DNA of 64,000 bases from an uncultured Gemmatimonadaceae bacterium (GCA_963761305.1 CAVXGK010000001.1:544001-608000), one strand, 5' to 3'. Positions 19,133-29,239 are shown, counted from the first letter of the stretch. Program-made: numbers and translations. Notes: generated by a model from the sequence alone, not told the origin.

Positions 19133-20451
19133 CGGGTGCTCATGTGCATGGATTTCATCGTCGTGGAGGGAGCGGGCGCCGGCATCCCCGGCATGTCGGG
19201 CATGCTCGGCATCGATCCACTCGATGGGCTCGCGGTTCCCACAGCGTCGGGCAGCGCGGCGCCGTAGCGGCCCATGCGGCCGTGCATCATGCCGGCGTGG
19301 AGGCGAACGCCGGCTGAAAACATCCAGAGCCAACTCGTGCCGTAGCGAAGGTCGGCGCTGAAGATGCCGGGCGGATTGCCGGGCGTCACGTGAAGTCGCG
19401 CGACTTCGACGAACGGCCGTCCGCTGATGATGCCCGTCTTGAGCGCGGGACTCGCCACGCCGAACGTGAGCGTGGTCCATCGGGAGATGCCGAGGCTCGA
19501 CAGGTCGAGCGGGGGACGCGGCGTGCGAAACGGATCGGTGGTTGGTTCTTCCTCCGCGCGGTCCGTGCGCTCGAGCCGCGCCCCCACGATGACGTCGGCG
19601 CGACACACGGCCGCTTCTCCGAGCAGGCTGTAGAGCGAGTTGATCGTCGTCCCGCCGTCCAACTCGTCGGTGTGCTCCCACTCGACGAGCGCGTACTGCC
19701 GCGAGCCGTTGTCGTGATTGAAATCGTAGCGTGCGTAGAGGCTCGACTTCTGCTGATCGAGCCCATGGCCGGCGCGGATCTCCGGCGACGTGACGTGCGC
19801 GACGCTTCCGGCGACTTCGGTGTGCGCCAGCGGCAGGACGGTGAGGCGGCCCGACCAGGAATCGCCGAACCGGCCCCAGTTCGGCATCGAGGCGGGACTG
19901 ACCGGTTCGTCGCCGTTGAACGTGCCGACTTCTCCAATGAGAGGACCGTAACGCACCGCCGCGATCGCGACCAGACGCTCGAGAATCTGCGCGAGGTGGT
20001 GATTGACCGGATACTTCTCGAACGGACGCACCATCGGGTCGTCGCTGCCGAACGGCGCGAATCCGCGGCCGGCGTAGAACGACACATCGAAGGGCGGTTT
20101 CTTGTCCGTCCCCTCGCGCGGGTGCTCGACGCCGCCCATCAACTCGTGGACGTAGGAGTGCGGATGGCGCCGGTCGACGAACCCTTCACCCGAGGCGCCC
20201 GTCACCAGCTCGCCCCGCGCCATGGTGAGCCCCTCGAAGTCGAAGGTGGCGATGCCGCGCAGCGGTCCGTGGTTCGCGTGCGCCATCAACAGCGGCATCG
20301 TGATGTAGCCTTCGGTGAGATTCGCGCGGATCGCCGTCGGGTCGGCACGAGTGACGACGGGAATCGCCATTGCGCCAAACTCCACATCTTGAGCCAAGGA
20401 GTCGCGCGCAAGCAGTGCCGTCGCTAGCGTGACGAGATGGAAAATCCGCAT
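19120..20451 (-). CDS. Secreted/outer-membrane hypothetical protein with His motifs and Met-rich tail
   Basis: Signal peptide from MRIFHL; FVDRRHPHSYVHELM, VNHHLAQ; alternating beta-strands; tail SMPSMPDMPGM..MKSMHMS. Confidence 0.7.
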   Translation of the reverse strand: MRIFHLVTLATALLARDSLAQDVEFGAMAIPVVTRADPTAIRANLTEGYITMPLLMAHANHGPLRGIATFDFEGLTMARGELVTGASGEGFVDRRHPHSYVHELMGGVEHPREGTDKKPPFDVSFYAGRGFAPFGSDDPMVRPFEKYPVNHHLAQILERLVAIAAVRYGPLIGEVGTFNGDEPVSPASMPNWGRFGDSWSGRLTVLPLAHTEVAGSVAHVTSPEIRAGHGLDQQKSSLYARYDFNHDNGSRQYALVEWEHTDELDGGTTINSLYSLLGEAAVCRADVIVGARLERTDRAEEEPTTDPFRTPRPPLDLSSLGISRWTTLTFGVASPALKTGIISGRPFVEVARLHVTPGNPPGIFSADLRYGTSWLWMFSAGVRLHAGMMHGRMGRYGAALPDAVGTASPSSGSMPSMPDMPGMPAPAPSTTMKSMHMSTRCQP

Positions 20452-21804
20452 TCGGCGAAAGGTAGTGTTGGCGCCGATGAACTGCGGGCCACCGTGGCCC
20501 TCGCGATTCCGGTCGTGCTGGTGCAACTCGGCTTCATGGCGATGGGCGTCGTCGATACGCTCATGGTGGGCCAGGTGTCGGCGCGCGTCCTCGCCGCGGT
20601 CGCGTTGGGAAATCTTTACTTCTTCAACGTGACGATTCTCGCGACGGGCAGCCTGATGGCGCTCGATCCGATCGTCGCACAGGCGGCCGGCGCCGGCGAA
20701 ACCGAGTCGATCGCGCGCGCACTGCAGCGCGGCGTGATCATCGCGCTGGGATTCACCGTCGCGTGCGCGCTCCTCATCGCGCCGGCGCCGGCCGTGTTGT
20801 CCGCGTTGCACCAGCCTCCCGAGATCGTGGGCGACGCGAGCGCGTACTTGCGGATCTCGCTCGCCGGGATCCTGCCGTATCTCGTGTTCGTCGTACTGCG
20901 GCAAAGCCTCCAGGCCATGCACCGCGTCGCGCCCATCGTGTGGACGGTGATCGTGGCGAATTTGTCGAACGCGGGATTCAACTGGGTCTTCGTCTACGGG
21001 CACCTGGGCAGCCGGGCGCTCGGCGTGTCGGGGAGCGCGATCGCGACGTCGATCAGCCGCTGGCTCATGCTGCTGCTCTTGCTCGCCGGCGCCTGGCGCG
21101 AGCTCAGGCCGTTGATGCTGCCCGTTCGCGACAGAATCGGCGCGTTGGGGCCGCTGGCGCAGATGCTCCGCGTCGGGCTGCCGATCGGCGGCCAGCAAGG
21201 TCTCGAGGCAGGCGCGTTCGGCGCGATCGGGTTGCTGATGGGCGTCCTCGGCACGACAGAGATGGCGGCGCACCAGGTCGCGATCACGCTCGCGGCGTTC
21301 ACGTTCATGGTGCCGCTCGGCGTCGGGTCGGCAACGGCGGTTCGCGTGGGCCGGGCGATCGGCGCGGGCGACATGCCGCGCGCGCGTGCCGCCATCCGCG
21401 CGTCGTACGTGTGCGGCGTCGGATTCATGGCGCTCACCGCGGTCGCGTTCATCGCCGTGCCCCACCTGTTCGCCGCGGCCTTCACGCGCGACACGCGGGT
21501 CATCGCGCTCGCGTCGACGCTCATTCCGATCGCCGGGGTGTTTCAGGTGTTCGACGGCGGACAAGCGGTTGGCGCAGGCGTGCTGCGCGGTGCCGGCGAC
21601 ACGAAGGCGCCGCTCGTCACCATGCTCACCAGTTACTGGCTGGTCGGTGTGCCGGTGAGCGCGTATCTCGGATTCCGCACCTCGCTCGGCGCTGCCGGGC
21701 TGTGGTGGGGATTCGTCGTGTCGTTGGCCGGCGTGGCGATTTTTCTATTCTTGCGAATCCGTGTCGTCTTCGCGCAGAGCGTGGGACGGCTTCGCGAGGC
21801 ATAG
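20437..21804 (+). CDS. MATE-family (NorM-like) efflux transporter
   Basis: MGVVDTLMVG, AAHQVA, FQVFDGGQ, LRGAGDT; about 12 TM helices. Confidence 0.93.
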   Translation: MENPHSAKGSVGADELRATVALAIPVVLVQLGFMAMGVVDTLMVGQVSARVLAAVALGNLYFFNVTILATGSLMALDPIVAQAAGAGETESIARALQRGVIIALGFTVACALLIAPAPAVLSALHQPPEIVGDASAYLRISLAGILPYLVFVVLRQSLQAMHRVAPIVWTVIVANLSNAGFNWVFVYGHLGSRALGVSGSAIATSISRWLMLLLLLAGAWRELRPLMLPVRDRIGALGPLAQMLRVGLPIGGQQGLEAGAFGAIGLLMGVLGTTEMAAHQVAITLAAFTFMVPLGVGSATAVRVGRAIGAGDMPRARAAIRASYVCGVGFMALTAVAFIAVPHLFAAAFTRDTRVIALASTLIPIAGVFQVFDGGQAVGAGVLRGAGDTKAPLVTMLTSYWLVGVPVSAYLGFRTSLGAAGLWWGFVVSLAGVAIFLFLRIRVVFAQSVGRLREA

Positions 21805-22314
21805 GGCGTCGACGGCCGCGATCGCGCGCGCGAGCCGCTGCGAGCGATCGCCGGTGATCACCGCGACCGCGGCGCCCGACGCGCTCACTGCGTCGCGGAA
21901 GAGCTGCTGCATCGCGTCGCGCATGTGGCCGCGGTCGCGGACACCGTCGGCCACCCAGGGGACGTCGATCTCGCAGAGCAGGTAGAGATCCGGCGCCCGG
22001 TCGCGCGCGGCCTCGGCGATCCACGCGGGGCACTTCCCGAAATAGTGCTCGCAGTAGACGACGGTACTCAGGAGATCGGTGTCCTGCACGACGATCGCGT
22101 TTCCGCACGCGATGGCCGCGTCCTCGAGCGCCATCTGGCCGCGCGCGATCGGCCCGTGATCGGAGAACTCGATGACTCCGCGCCGCGCCTCCGCATACTC
22201 GCGGACGAATTCCGGCACGAGCTCGGCCCGGTAGTGCCGCGCCAACTGCTCGGCGAGCGTCGATTTCCCCGTCGATTCCGATCCGGTGACGACAATGCGA
22301 GCCGAGTCAGTCAC
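21745..22314 (-). CDS. NadR-type kinase/AAA_28 domain protein (nicotinamide riboside kinase-like)
   Basis: P-loop GSESTGKST, VPEFVREY, DTDLLST, PWVADGVR; downstream of pnuC; start set to GTG 22314. Confidence 0.82.
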   Translation of the reverse strand: MTDSARIVVTGSESTGKSTLAEQLARHYRAELVPEFVREYAEARRGVIEFSDHGPIARGQMALEDAAIACGNAIVVQDTDLLSTVVYCEHYFGKCPAWIAEAARDRAPDLYLLCEIDVPWVADGVRDRGHMRDAMQQLFRDAVSASGAAVAVITGDRSQRLARAIAAVDALCLAKPSHALREDDTDSQE

Positions 22315-22339
22315 TACCGCGGGCAGGAAAGGGGGAACA

Positions 22340-22447
22340 ACGATGCCGCGGATGCACGCCGATTGACGCAGATTCAACTTCAAAGAGCTCGATCATTGGT
22401 TTGAATCAGCGTCAATCGCAGTTCAAATCTGCGGCAATCTGTGTTCA
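22340..22447. repeat. Palindromic intergenic element, family B copy 1 (about 9-bp CGCAGATT-like units)
   Basis: GATTGACGCAGATTCAA (22361-22377) inverts TTGAATCAGCGTCAATC (22401-22417) at 16/17; extra ATCTGCGGCAATCTGTG units. Confidence 0.65.
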
Positions 22448-23083
22448 TGCTGTTGCCGTTTCGGAGCTCGGAATCGCAACGGCGCGGCCGGCGCTGGCGA
22501 GGGATTTCTTCCACGCGATGTGCCCCATCACGGCGAGCAGGAGGTAGATCGCGTAGTTGCCCGCGGTGAGATAAAGGCCTTTGGAGATGAACATGCCGAC
22601 GTACACGACGTCGACTGCAATCCAGAGCGCCCAGTTCTCGAGCAGTTTGCGGGTCATCATGTATTGCGCGACGAGACTGATCGTCGTCGTCGCGGCGTCG
22701 ACGTACGGCAGCGCGACGCCCGGCATGTGCGACGTCAACCGCCCGAGCGTCGCCCAGACCACCACCCCGATGCCCGCGAGAATCATCCACAGCCTGCCCG
22801 GCGTGCGCGACACGGTGAGCGCGGTGCGCCCCTTGCCGCCGTACAGCCACTCGTACCACCCGTAGAGCGACAGGACGAAGTACACGACCTGGAGCCCCAT
22901 GTCCGAGTAGAGGCCCGACACGCGGAACAGCGCAAAGTAGAGCGCGACGTTCACGAGCGCCGTGGGCCAGCTCCAGATGTTCTCCTTCACGCTGAGCAGC
23001 ACGCTCACGACGCCGAAGATGACCGCGACAAGCTCGAGGCAACTCGAGCCGTGGGCCGCGAGCCACGCGCACAAGATGCCCAC
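22445..23083 (-). CDS. pnuC: PnuC-family vitamin/nicotinamide riboside transporter
   Basis: ENIWSWP, LYSDMGLQ, YGWYEW, PYVDA, RKLLENWALW. Confidence 0.9.
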   Translation of the reverse strand: MGILCAWLAAHGSSCLELVAVIFGVVSVLLSVKENIWSWPTALVNVALYFALFRVSGLYSDMGLQVVYFVLSLYGWYEWLYGGKGRTALTVSRTPGRLWMILAGIGVVVWATLGRLTSHMPGVALPYVDAATTTISLVAQYMMTRKLLENWALWIAVDVVYVGMFISKGLYLTAGNYAIYLLLAVMGHIAWKKSLASAGRAVAIPSSETATA

Positions 23084-23084
23084 G

Positions 23085-24841
23085 TCAGGGACTCAGCGCG
23101 GCGAGACGATCGGCGCCGGCCTTGGCGACGCGCTGCGCCGCCGCGTCGATGGACGCGTTCGTTTCCGGTGACGATCCGCCGACCTCGATGTCGGTCATCT
23201 TGTGGATCGAGGCGACGTAGTAGTCCGTCCACGTGCGCAGGATGTCTTCCTCCTTCGCCTGCGGACCGCCGGCGGCGATCGCCTGTTTGCTCAGCGCGAG
23301 CTCGGTGTCGAACCGGTGCACGGCGGCGCGCTCGATCTCGCCGACCAGGTCGCGCGTCGTCGCGCCGTCGGCCGACGTCAGCGTGAGCGCCGACATGAGT
23401 GCGGCGATTCCGACTGTTGACCAGCTCCTGTTGCGACACCTTGTCGAGCCGGTCGCCGTCCGTGTGGTAGTAGACATCCGTGAAGTGCCAGAACAGCGCG
23501 CCCGGCTTCTTGAAGTCGAGGAACGGTGTGTGGTCGCTGCCGCCCTCGAATGGATTCGTGCGCACGACCCATCCGGTGCCCGCGGCCTGATCGAGCGCAG
23601 CGCGCGAGGAGATAGTCGTTGAAGTAGTGCGGCACGAGGTCGGCCTTCGTGAGCGGACGGCCGCCCCACTCCGTGTGATGATCGTCGCCACGCGTCCAGA
23701 TCGCCGACGGGTCGGGCATCTTCTCGATGAGGAACGTGCCGCCGGTCTTCTTCGTGTCTTCGCCCGTCATGTCCAGGCTCAGACCCCACTTCACGCCCCG
23801 CGTGCGCACGGAATCGTCGGCGAGGAAATTGCGCGTCTGCGCGATCTCGAGGCCGAACAGCATCGTGATCGTTCGCTTCGGGCGAACGGCGTTCGTCCGC
23901 ACCAACTCGCCCAGCACGCGCGCCATCTCGCTCAGGTCGCCGACGCCGGTCGCGTTGTCGTTCGTGCCCGGCTCCTGCACATGCGCGCTTAGCACGAACC
24001 GCTCCGTCGGCGCCACGCTGCCGTGCACCTCGGCGACGATCGTCATCTCGTCGGACGGATAGCTCTTGACCGCGGTGCGGACGCGCACCATCGCGCCGCT
24101 CTTGGCGGCCGCGCGCAGTCGATCGACGGCGTCGCGCGACAGCAGGATCCCCCAGGCGCGGTGCGTCGTGTCGTAGGCGATGGAGCCGAATTGAATCGAC
24201 GTGCGGTGAATTTCAGGCTGCGTATACGCCGGCATTCGATACGCCAGCACGCCGAGCGCGCCGCGCTTCACGACGGCTTCGGTGTACACGCCGCCGACAG
24301 ACCCGTCGGCCAGCACGATCTTGCCGGCGACGGGCTGTCGAGCGTAGTCGGCGGCCGTCCCCGCGCCGACGTCGACCAGCGGCGCGACGACGCCGGTGTC
24401 CGCGGTCGAATACGAGTTGATCGCCAGCATGTTCCGGTTCGTCTCCAGGCGCAGCACGGGGGGCGATTGGCCGACGACCGTCACGCTCGCGTCGACCGGC
24501 TCCCACGCCGGCGTCCGCATGGCGCGGTGTTCGATGCGATACGTGAGCGGCGCACCGGCCGGCGCCGATTGCTCCTCGACGTACCCGGCGTTCTTTAGAA
24601 CTCCCTCAACGCGTTTCAGGCTGGCGTTGAAGCCGGTGTTGCCCGGCCAGCGGAAATACTGGTCCATGAACGCGACCTGGTCGTACGCGTTCTTGCCCGA
24701 GAAGAGCGGGCGGACGAGCTCGAAATAGTGCTTGACGGCGGGCGGCGTCTCCGGACGCTGCGCGATCGCGGGCGACGCCGCGGCCAGCGTTGTGGCGAGC
24801 GCGACCAACGTCGCGGCGGCGCGACGGGAAATCGTCATCAT
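23085..24841 (-). pseudogene. M28-family (PA-domain) aminopeptidase interrupted by two +1 frameshifts
   Basis: SAHVQEPGTNDNATG in frame 1; FEGGSDHTPF and YYHTDGD in frame 2; C-terminal helical part in frame 3; single extra bases near 23596 and 23415. Confidence 0.85.
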
Positions 24842-27800
24842 GGCTTGACCCCGACCTTGTCCAACAGCGCCTTCACCGCGGCGTCCAATTGCGAATCGCG
24901 CCCGGCGTAACTCTCCCCGACCGGCCGTTGCACCAGCACATCCACCGGCCGCGGGTGCAGCTCCATGTCCTTCCCGTTGGCGTCGGTGATACGCTCGAAG
25001 GGCACGCGGACGACGGACGACCCGTCGAGCAGACCGACGTTCGACGTGAAGACGATCCATCCCGCCGTCGGTTCGCCCACCACGGGACCGAGCTTGAGCG
25101 ACCGATACCCTTCCGTGAAGTCTTCGGCGTCGGACAACGAATGCATGTTCGTCACCAGCACGGTGGGGCGCTCGAGCGAGCGCTGGCCGACCACCGATCT
25201 CCCCGGCGCGGTTCCGAAATCGCGCGGTGTGAACTGCAGGTAGCCGCGCCGAGCGAGCACGTCGATCGCGTACGGATTCACGAAGCCGCCGTTGTTGCTG
25301 CGAATGTCGACGACGACGCCTTCCTTGCCGCGATTCTGCGTGTCGAGATCGAGGTAGAGTTGCTGCAGCGAGCCGGCGCCCATGTCCTGCATGTGCACGT
25401 AGCCCAGCTTGCCGCCGCTCACCTTGTCGACGTACGCGCGACGGCTCTCGACCCAGTCGCGGTACACGAGACCGCGCTCGGTGCCGACGCTGATCGGACG
25501 AATGGCGAGCGTGCGCGCGCCGGCGCCATCGGCGGTGCGCCCAACCGATACCTCGACGCGCCGGCTCGTCTTGTACATGAGCAGCGAGTCGAGATTGACG
25601 TGGCCGTCAATGCGCGCGCCATCGACCGCGAGGACGTAGTCCCCGGGTTTGATGCCGGCGAGCGCCGCGGGGCTCAGGTCGAGCACCTCCTCGACCTTGA
25701 GCCTGCCCTGCTGTTCGTATTCAGCGCGATCGAAGCGAACCCCTAGCCGGCCGACGTTGGGCTGCGGCGAAAAGCTCGGACCGTTGAAGCCCGAGTGCGA
25801 CGAATTCAGCTCGCCGATCATGAGCTTCATCAGACGGCGCAGCTCTTCGGTCGTCTGCGCGCCGGCGACGTACGGCTCGTACTGGCGCTCGAGCGCCGGC
25901 CAGTCGGCGCCGTTCATGTGCGCGTCGAAGAAGTTGTCGGCGAGGATGCCCCACGCCTGGTGAAACACGGCCAACTTCTCGCGCGCGAAATCGACATCCA
26001 CCTCGGCCGTCACGTTGATCGGCCGGGCGACGCGCGACTCGACGTTGATCGCGGTGATGCGGCCGTTCTGGAGGAAGTAGACCTCGCGGCCGTCGGGACT
26101 GAACTGCGCGTCCTGCTTTCCACCCGGCGTCGACGTGAGTTGCCGGGCAATGGGCGGCTCGGACGAAAGCTCGTCGAGCGGGAACGTGTAGAGGTTCGAC
26201 TGCCCCGCGGCGGCGGCGTTGAAGAGCGCCGTCTTGCCGTCCGGGCTGATGACCACGCTGCGGACGTCGACGCCGACGGGAAGAAAGCTGACGCGACGGC
26301 GGATGTCGTCGAACACGATTTCCGTTCCCTTCTTCGTCGCGGACCGCGCCGAGTCGGCGCGGACGGTCGCCGTGTCGCGCTGGGGCGGCAGTTGTTGCGG
26401 CGCGGGCTGCATCGGCGTGCCGGGGCGCGTCGGCGTCGGCGTGAACAGCTCGCGGAACTGGTCCTCGCGGAACCGCGGCGTGCGAGGGACCAAGTCGACA
26501 CGCGCGACGAGCGCCTGTTCCGTCCGCTGCGACGTGTCGAACAACAGGTACGTCCCGTCCGGGCTCCAAGCCAGCGAATTCCCGAACGCGTCCGGAATGT
26601 AGGCGACCGGCTTTCCGCCGACGCCGTTCGCGGAAACGATATAAGGATTCTGGAATTGACTGGCGTCGGTGTTCAGGTAGGCGATCCACTGGCCGTCGGG
26701 CGACCAGACCAGCGCGCGTTCGGTGAGGAACGGCGGACGATCGAGTTGGCCGGTGGCGACGACGCGCTCCTGTTTCGTCGCCACGTCGGCGACGCGCAGT
26801 TCTTTCGCCGCACGCGCGAAGGCGATCGATTTGCCGTCCGGCGACCACGTCGGGCCGACGTCGCTGGCCCGTCCGTCGGTTAGTTTCGTTTCGGTGCGCG
26901 TGCTGAAATCGTAGACGAAGATGTGAGCGGGCCCGTCGCGGCTCGAGACGTACGCGAGGCGGTGGTTGTCCGGCGCCCAGGCAAGCTGCGCCTCGGCTTC
27001 CGGCGTGTCCGTCACGCGCATCGCGTCGCCGCCGTCGCGCGCCGACACCGCGAACACATCGCCGTGGGCGACGAACGCGAGCTTCTTGCCGTCGGGCGAG
27101 AGCACCAGCGACTGGAAGCCCTGCGACAGCGACTGGTGCTCCACACCGGGCGTCGCCGCGGCGCCGCGCAGCGTAATCGGCACGTGCGTCGAGCGACCGC
27201 TGGCGACGTCGAGCGACCACACGCCCAGATCGCGCTCGAAGACGATCGTCTTGCCGTCGTATGAGATCGTCGGCCAGAGGAGCCGGCCGTTCGTGAACGA
27301 CGTGACGGCTTTCGGCGCGCCGCCGCTCGGCGTCGTGGTCCAGATGTTCTCGGCGCCGCTCTTGTCGGAGACGTAGAAGAGCGACTTGGCGTCGCCGCTC
27401 CACATCGGCCAGGCGTCCTTGGCGTCGTCCTTCGTCACCGCTTCGTAGCGCGGCGACTCGCCGCCGAAATGCAGCAGCCAGATCTGGCTCTCGTCGATGT
27501 GCGCGTGACCCTTCCGCCACCACTGGTCTTCGGTGAGGCCCGTCGCCGTGAAGGCGATCGTGTTCGGATCCGCCGGCGAGGGCGCCGCCCAGTATTCCTG
27601 CGTGAAGCGATCGGCGCTCACCGCGAGCGGAGTTCCGCCGCTCGAGCTCACGCGGAAGATGTCGTCCATCCCGTTCACGTCCTGGCTGCCCGACGAGAAG
27701 TAGATCCACTTCCCGTCGCGAGACCACGCGTCCAACTGCTCGGGCACGTCGTCGAACGTGATGCGATCCAACCGCCCGCTGGCGAGCGTCATGACGTAGA

Positions 27801-28113
27801 TGTCGCCGTTGCCCGTGCGCGTCGACATGAACGCCAGCTTCGTTCCGTCGGGCGAGTAGAGCGGCCGCGAATCGTACGCGGGGTGCGACACGAGCAGCCG
27901 CGCCTCGCCGCCGGCGACTGGCACCGTCCAGATGTCACCGCCGGATACGAACGCGATCTCGCGTCCGTCGGGCGACAGCGACGGCTCGGACATCGCCGCT
28001 TTCGGTACGACCGGCGCCGCGCGTTCGGACGGTGAGTGTGCGGAGGGGAACGCCGCGAGTAGAACTCCGGCGCTCAACAGCGCGTGCATCGACGCAGACA
28101 GAGAGGAGGCCAT
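24838..28113 (-). CDS. Tricorn-like S41 protease (PD40 propellers, PDZ, S41 catalytic domain)
   Basis: Many SPDG repeats, GELNSSH, GYVHMQDM, DIRSNNGG, SLSDAEDF, GEPTAG. Confidence 0.92.
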   Translation of the reverse strand: MASSLSASMHALLSAGVLLAAFPSAHSPSERAAPVVPKAAMSEPSLSPDGREIAFVSGGDIWTVPVAGGEARLLVSHPAYDSRPLYSPDGTKLAFMSTRTGNGDIYVMTLASGRLDRITFDDVPEQLDAWSRDGKWIYFSSGSQDVNGMDDIFRVSSSGGTPLAVSADRFTQEYWAAPSPADPNTIAFTATGLTEDQWWRKGHAHIDESQIWLLHFGGESPRYEAVTKDDAKDAWPMWSGDAKSLFYVSDKSGAENIWTTTPSGGAPKAVTSFTNGRLLWPTISYDGKTIVFERDLGVWSLDVASGRSTHVPITLRGAAATPGVEHQSLSQGFQSLVLSPDGKKLAFVAHGDVFAVSARDGGDAMRVTDTPEAEAQLAWAPDNHRLAYVSSRDGPAHIFVYDFSTRTETKLTDGRASDVGPTWSPDGKSIAFARAAKELRVADVATKQERVVATGQLDRPPFLTERALVWSPDGQWIAYLNTDASQFQNPYIVSANGVGGKPVAYIPDAFGNSLAWSPDGTYLLFDTSQRTEQALVARVDLVPRTPRFREDQFRELFTPTPTRPGTPMQPAPQQLPPQRDTATVRADSARSATKKGTEIVFDDIRRRVSFLPVGVDVRSVVISPDGKTALFNAAAAGQSNLYTFPLDELSSEPPIARQLTSTPGGKQDAQFSPDGREVYFLQNGRITAINVESRVARPINVTAEVDVDFAREKLAVFHQAWGILADNFFDAHMNGADWPALERQYEPYVAGAQTTEELRRLMKLMIGELNSSHSGFNGPSFSPQPNVGRLGVRFDRAEYEQQGRLKVEEVLDLSPAALAGIKPGDYVLAVDGARIDGHVNLDSLLMYKTSRRVEVSVGRTADGAGARTLAIRPISVGTERGLVYRDWVESRRAYVDKVSGGKLGYVHMQDMGAGSLQQLYLDLDTQNRGKEGVVVDIRSNNGGFVNPYAIDVLARRGYLQFTPRDFGTAPGRSVVGQRSLERPTVLVTNMHSLSDAEDFTEGYRSLKLGPVVGEPTAGWIVFTSNVGLLDGSSVVRVPFERITDANGKDMELHPRPVDVLVQRPVGESYAGRDSQLDAAVKALLDKVGVKP

Positions 28114-28206
28114 CGCACGAGCTCTGTAAGGGGGGATAGGATGGTGCCTCCAACTTACTGCTCGTTACGGCGGCGCGCGGAAGGGCGGGGCTAGTTTTCT
28201 GTTCGC

Positions 28207-29217
28207 ATGTTGCAGCGAATCGACCCGCTCCGCCCCGACGAAGCGATCATCGCGCGCGCGGCGGAGATTCTTCGCCGCGGCGGTCTGGTCGCCTTTCCGA
28301 CGGAGACCGTCTACGGCCTCGGCGCCAACGCCCTCGACCCCGCGGCCGTCGAGCGGATCTACGCGGCCAAGGGACGGCCGGCGTACAACCCGCTGATCGT
28401 CCACGTCGCCGACGCCACGGATGTGTTCGAGGTGGCGCGCGAGTGGCCCGACAAGGCGGCACGGTTGGCCCGCGCGTTCTGGCCTGGGCCGCTGACGCTC
28501 GTCGTGCCCAAGCGCGCCGAGGTGCCGCCTGGCGTTACAGCGGGACTCGACACCGTTGCCGTTCGCGTTCCGTCGCACCCGGTCGCGCGCGCGCTGCTCG
28601 CCGCCGCTCGCCTTCCCATCGCCGCGCCGAGCGCGAATCGCTCGATGGAAGTCTCGCCCACGACCGGATCGCACGTCGAGAAGTCGCTCGGCGCGGCCGT
28701 CGATCTGATTCTCGACGCGGGCCCGACTCAGGTTGGAATCGAATCGACGGTCGTCGACGTCAGCGTCGACCCGCCCGTCGTGCTCCGCCCTGGAATGATC
28801 GCGCGCGAGGACGTGGCTCGCGTCGTCGGCGCGCTGAGCGACTCGCAACGAGCCGATGGGAACGAAGCCCGCCGGTCGCCCGGCATGCTCGATCGTCACT
28901 ACGCGCCGCAAGCGGCACTGCTGCTGGTCGACGCCGGGCGCGCTCGCGACGTGTTCGAACAGATGCACCTCGCGGGAAAGCGAACAGGCGCCATTCTCCG
29001 CGGCTCGACCATTCAATCGGCTCGGCGAGATCTGATCGTGGAATTGCCCGACGATTCAGCCCGCTTCGCCGCCGGTCTCTACGCCGCGCTCCATCGGCTC
29101 GACGACGCAGGGGCGGAGGTCATCATCGTCGAACGCCCACCAGATCGACCGGAATGGCGCGCGGTGCTCGACCGGCTCGAGCGCGCGGCTCAGAAGGAGC
29201 GCCCGCGCGATGCATGA
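28207..29217 (+). CDS. sua5: L-threonylcarbamoyladenylate synthase (Sua5 type)
   Basis: VAFPTETVYGLGA, KGRPAYNPLIVH, FWPGPLT, AAPSAN, SPGM..HYAP and C-terminal SUA5 domain. Confidence 0.95.
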   Translation: MLQRIDPLRPDEAIIARAAEILRRGGLVAFPTETVYGLGANALDPAAVERIYAAKGRPAYNPLIVHVADATDVFEVAREWPDKAARLARAFWPGPLTLVVPKRAEVPPGVTAGLDTVAVRVPSHPVARALLAAARLPIAAPSANRSMEVSPTTGSHVEKSLGAAVDLILDAGPTQVGIESTVVDVSVDPPVVLRPGMIAREDVARVVGALSDSQRADGNEARRSPGMLDRHYAPQAALLLVDAGRARDVFEQMHLAGKRTGAILRGSTIQSARRDLIVELPDDSARFAAGLYAALHRLDDAGAEVIIVERPPDRPEWRAVLDRLERAAQKERPRDA

Positions 29218-29239
29218 GGTCGGTCGCAACCCGGCTCGA

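Noticed and set aside
23400..23610. Programmed ribosomal frameshifting in the M28 gene
   Set aside because: No slippery heptamer or homopolymer at either site, and two successive shifts would be needed
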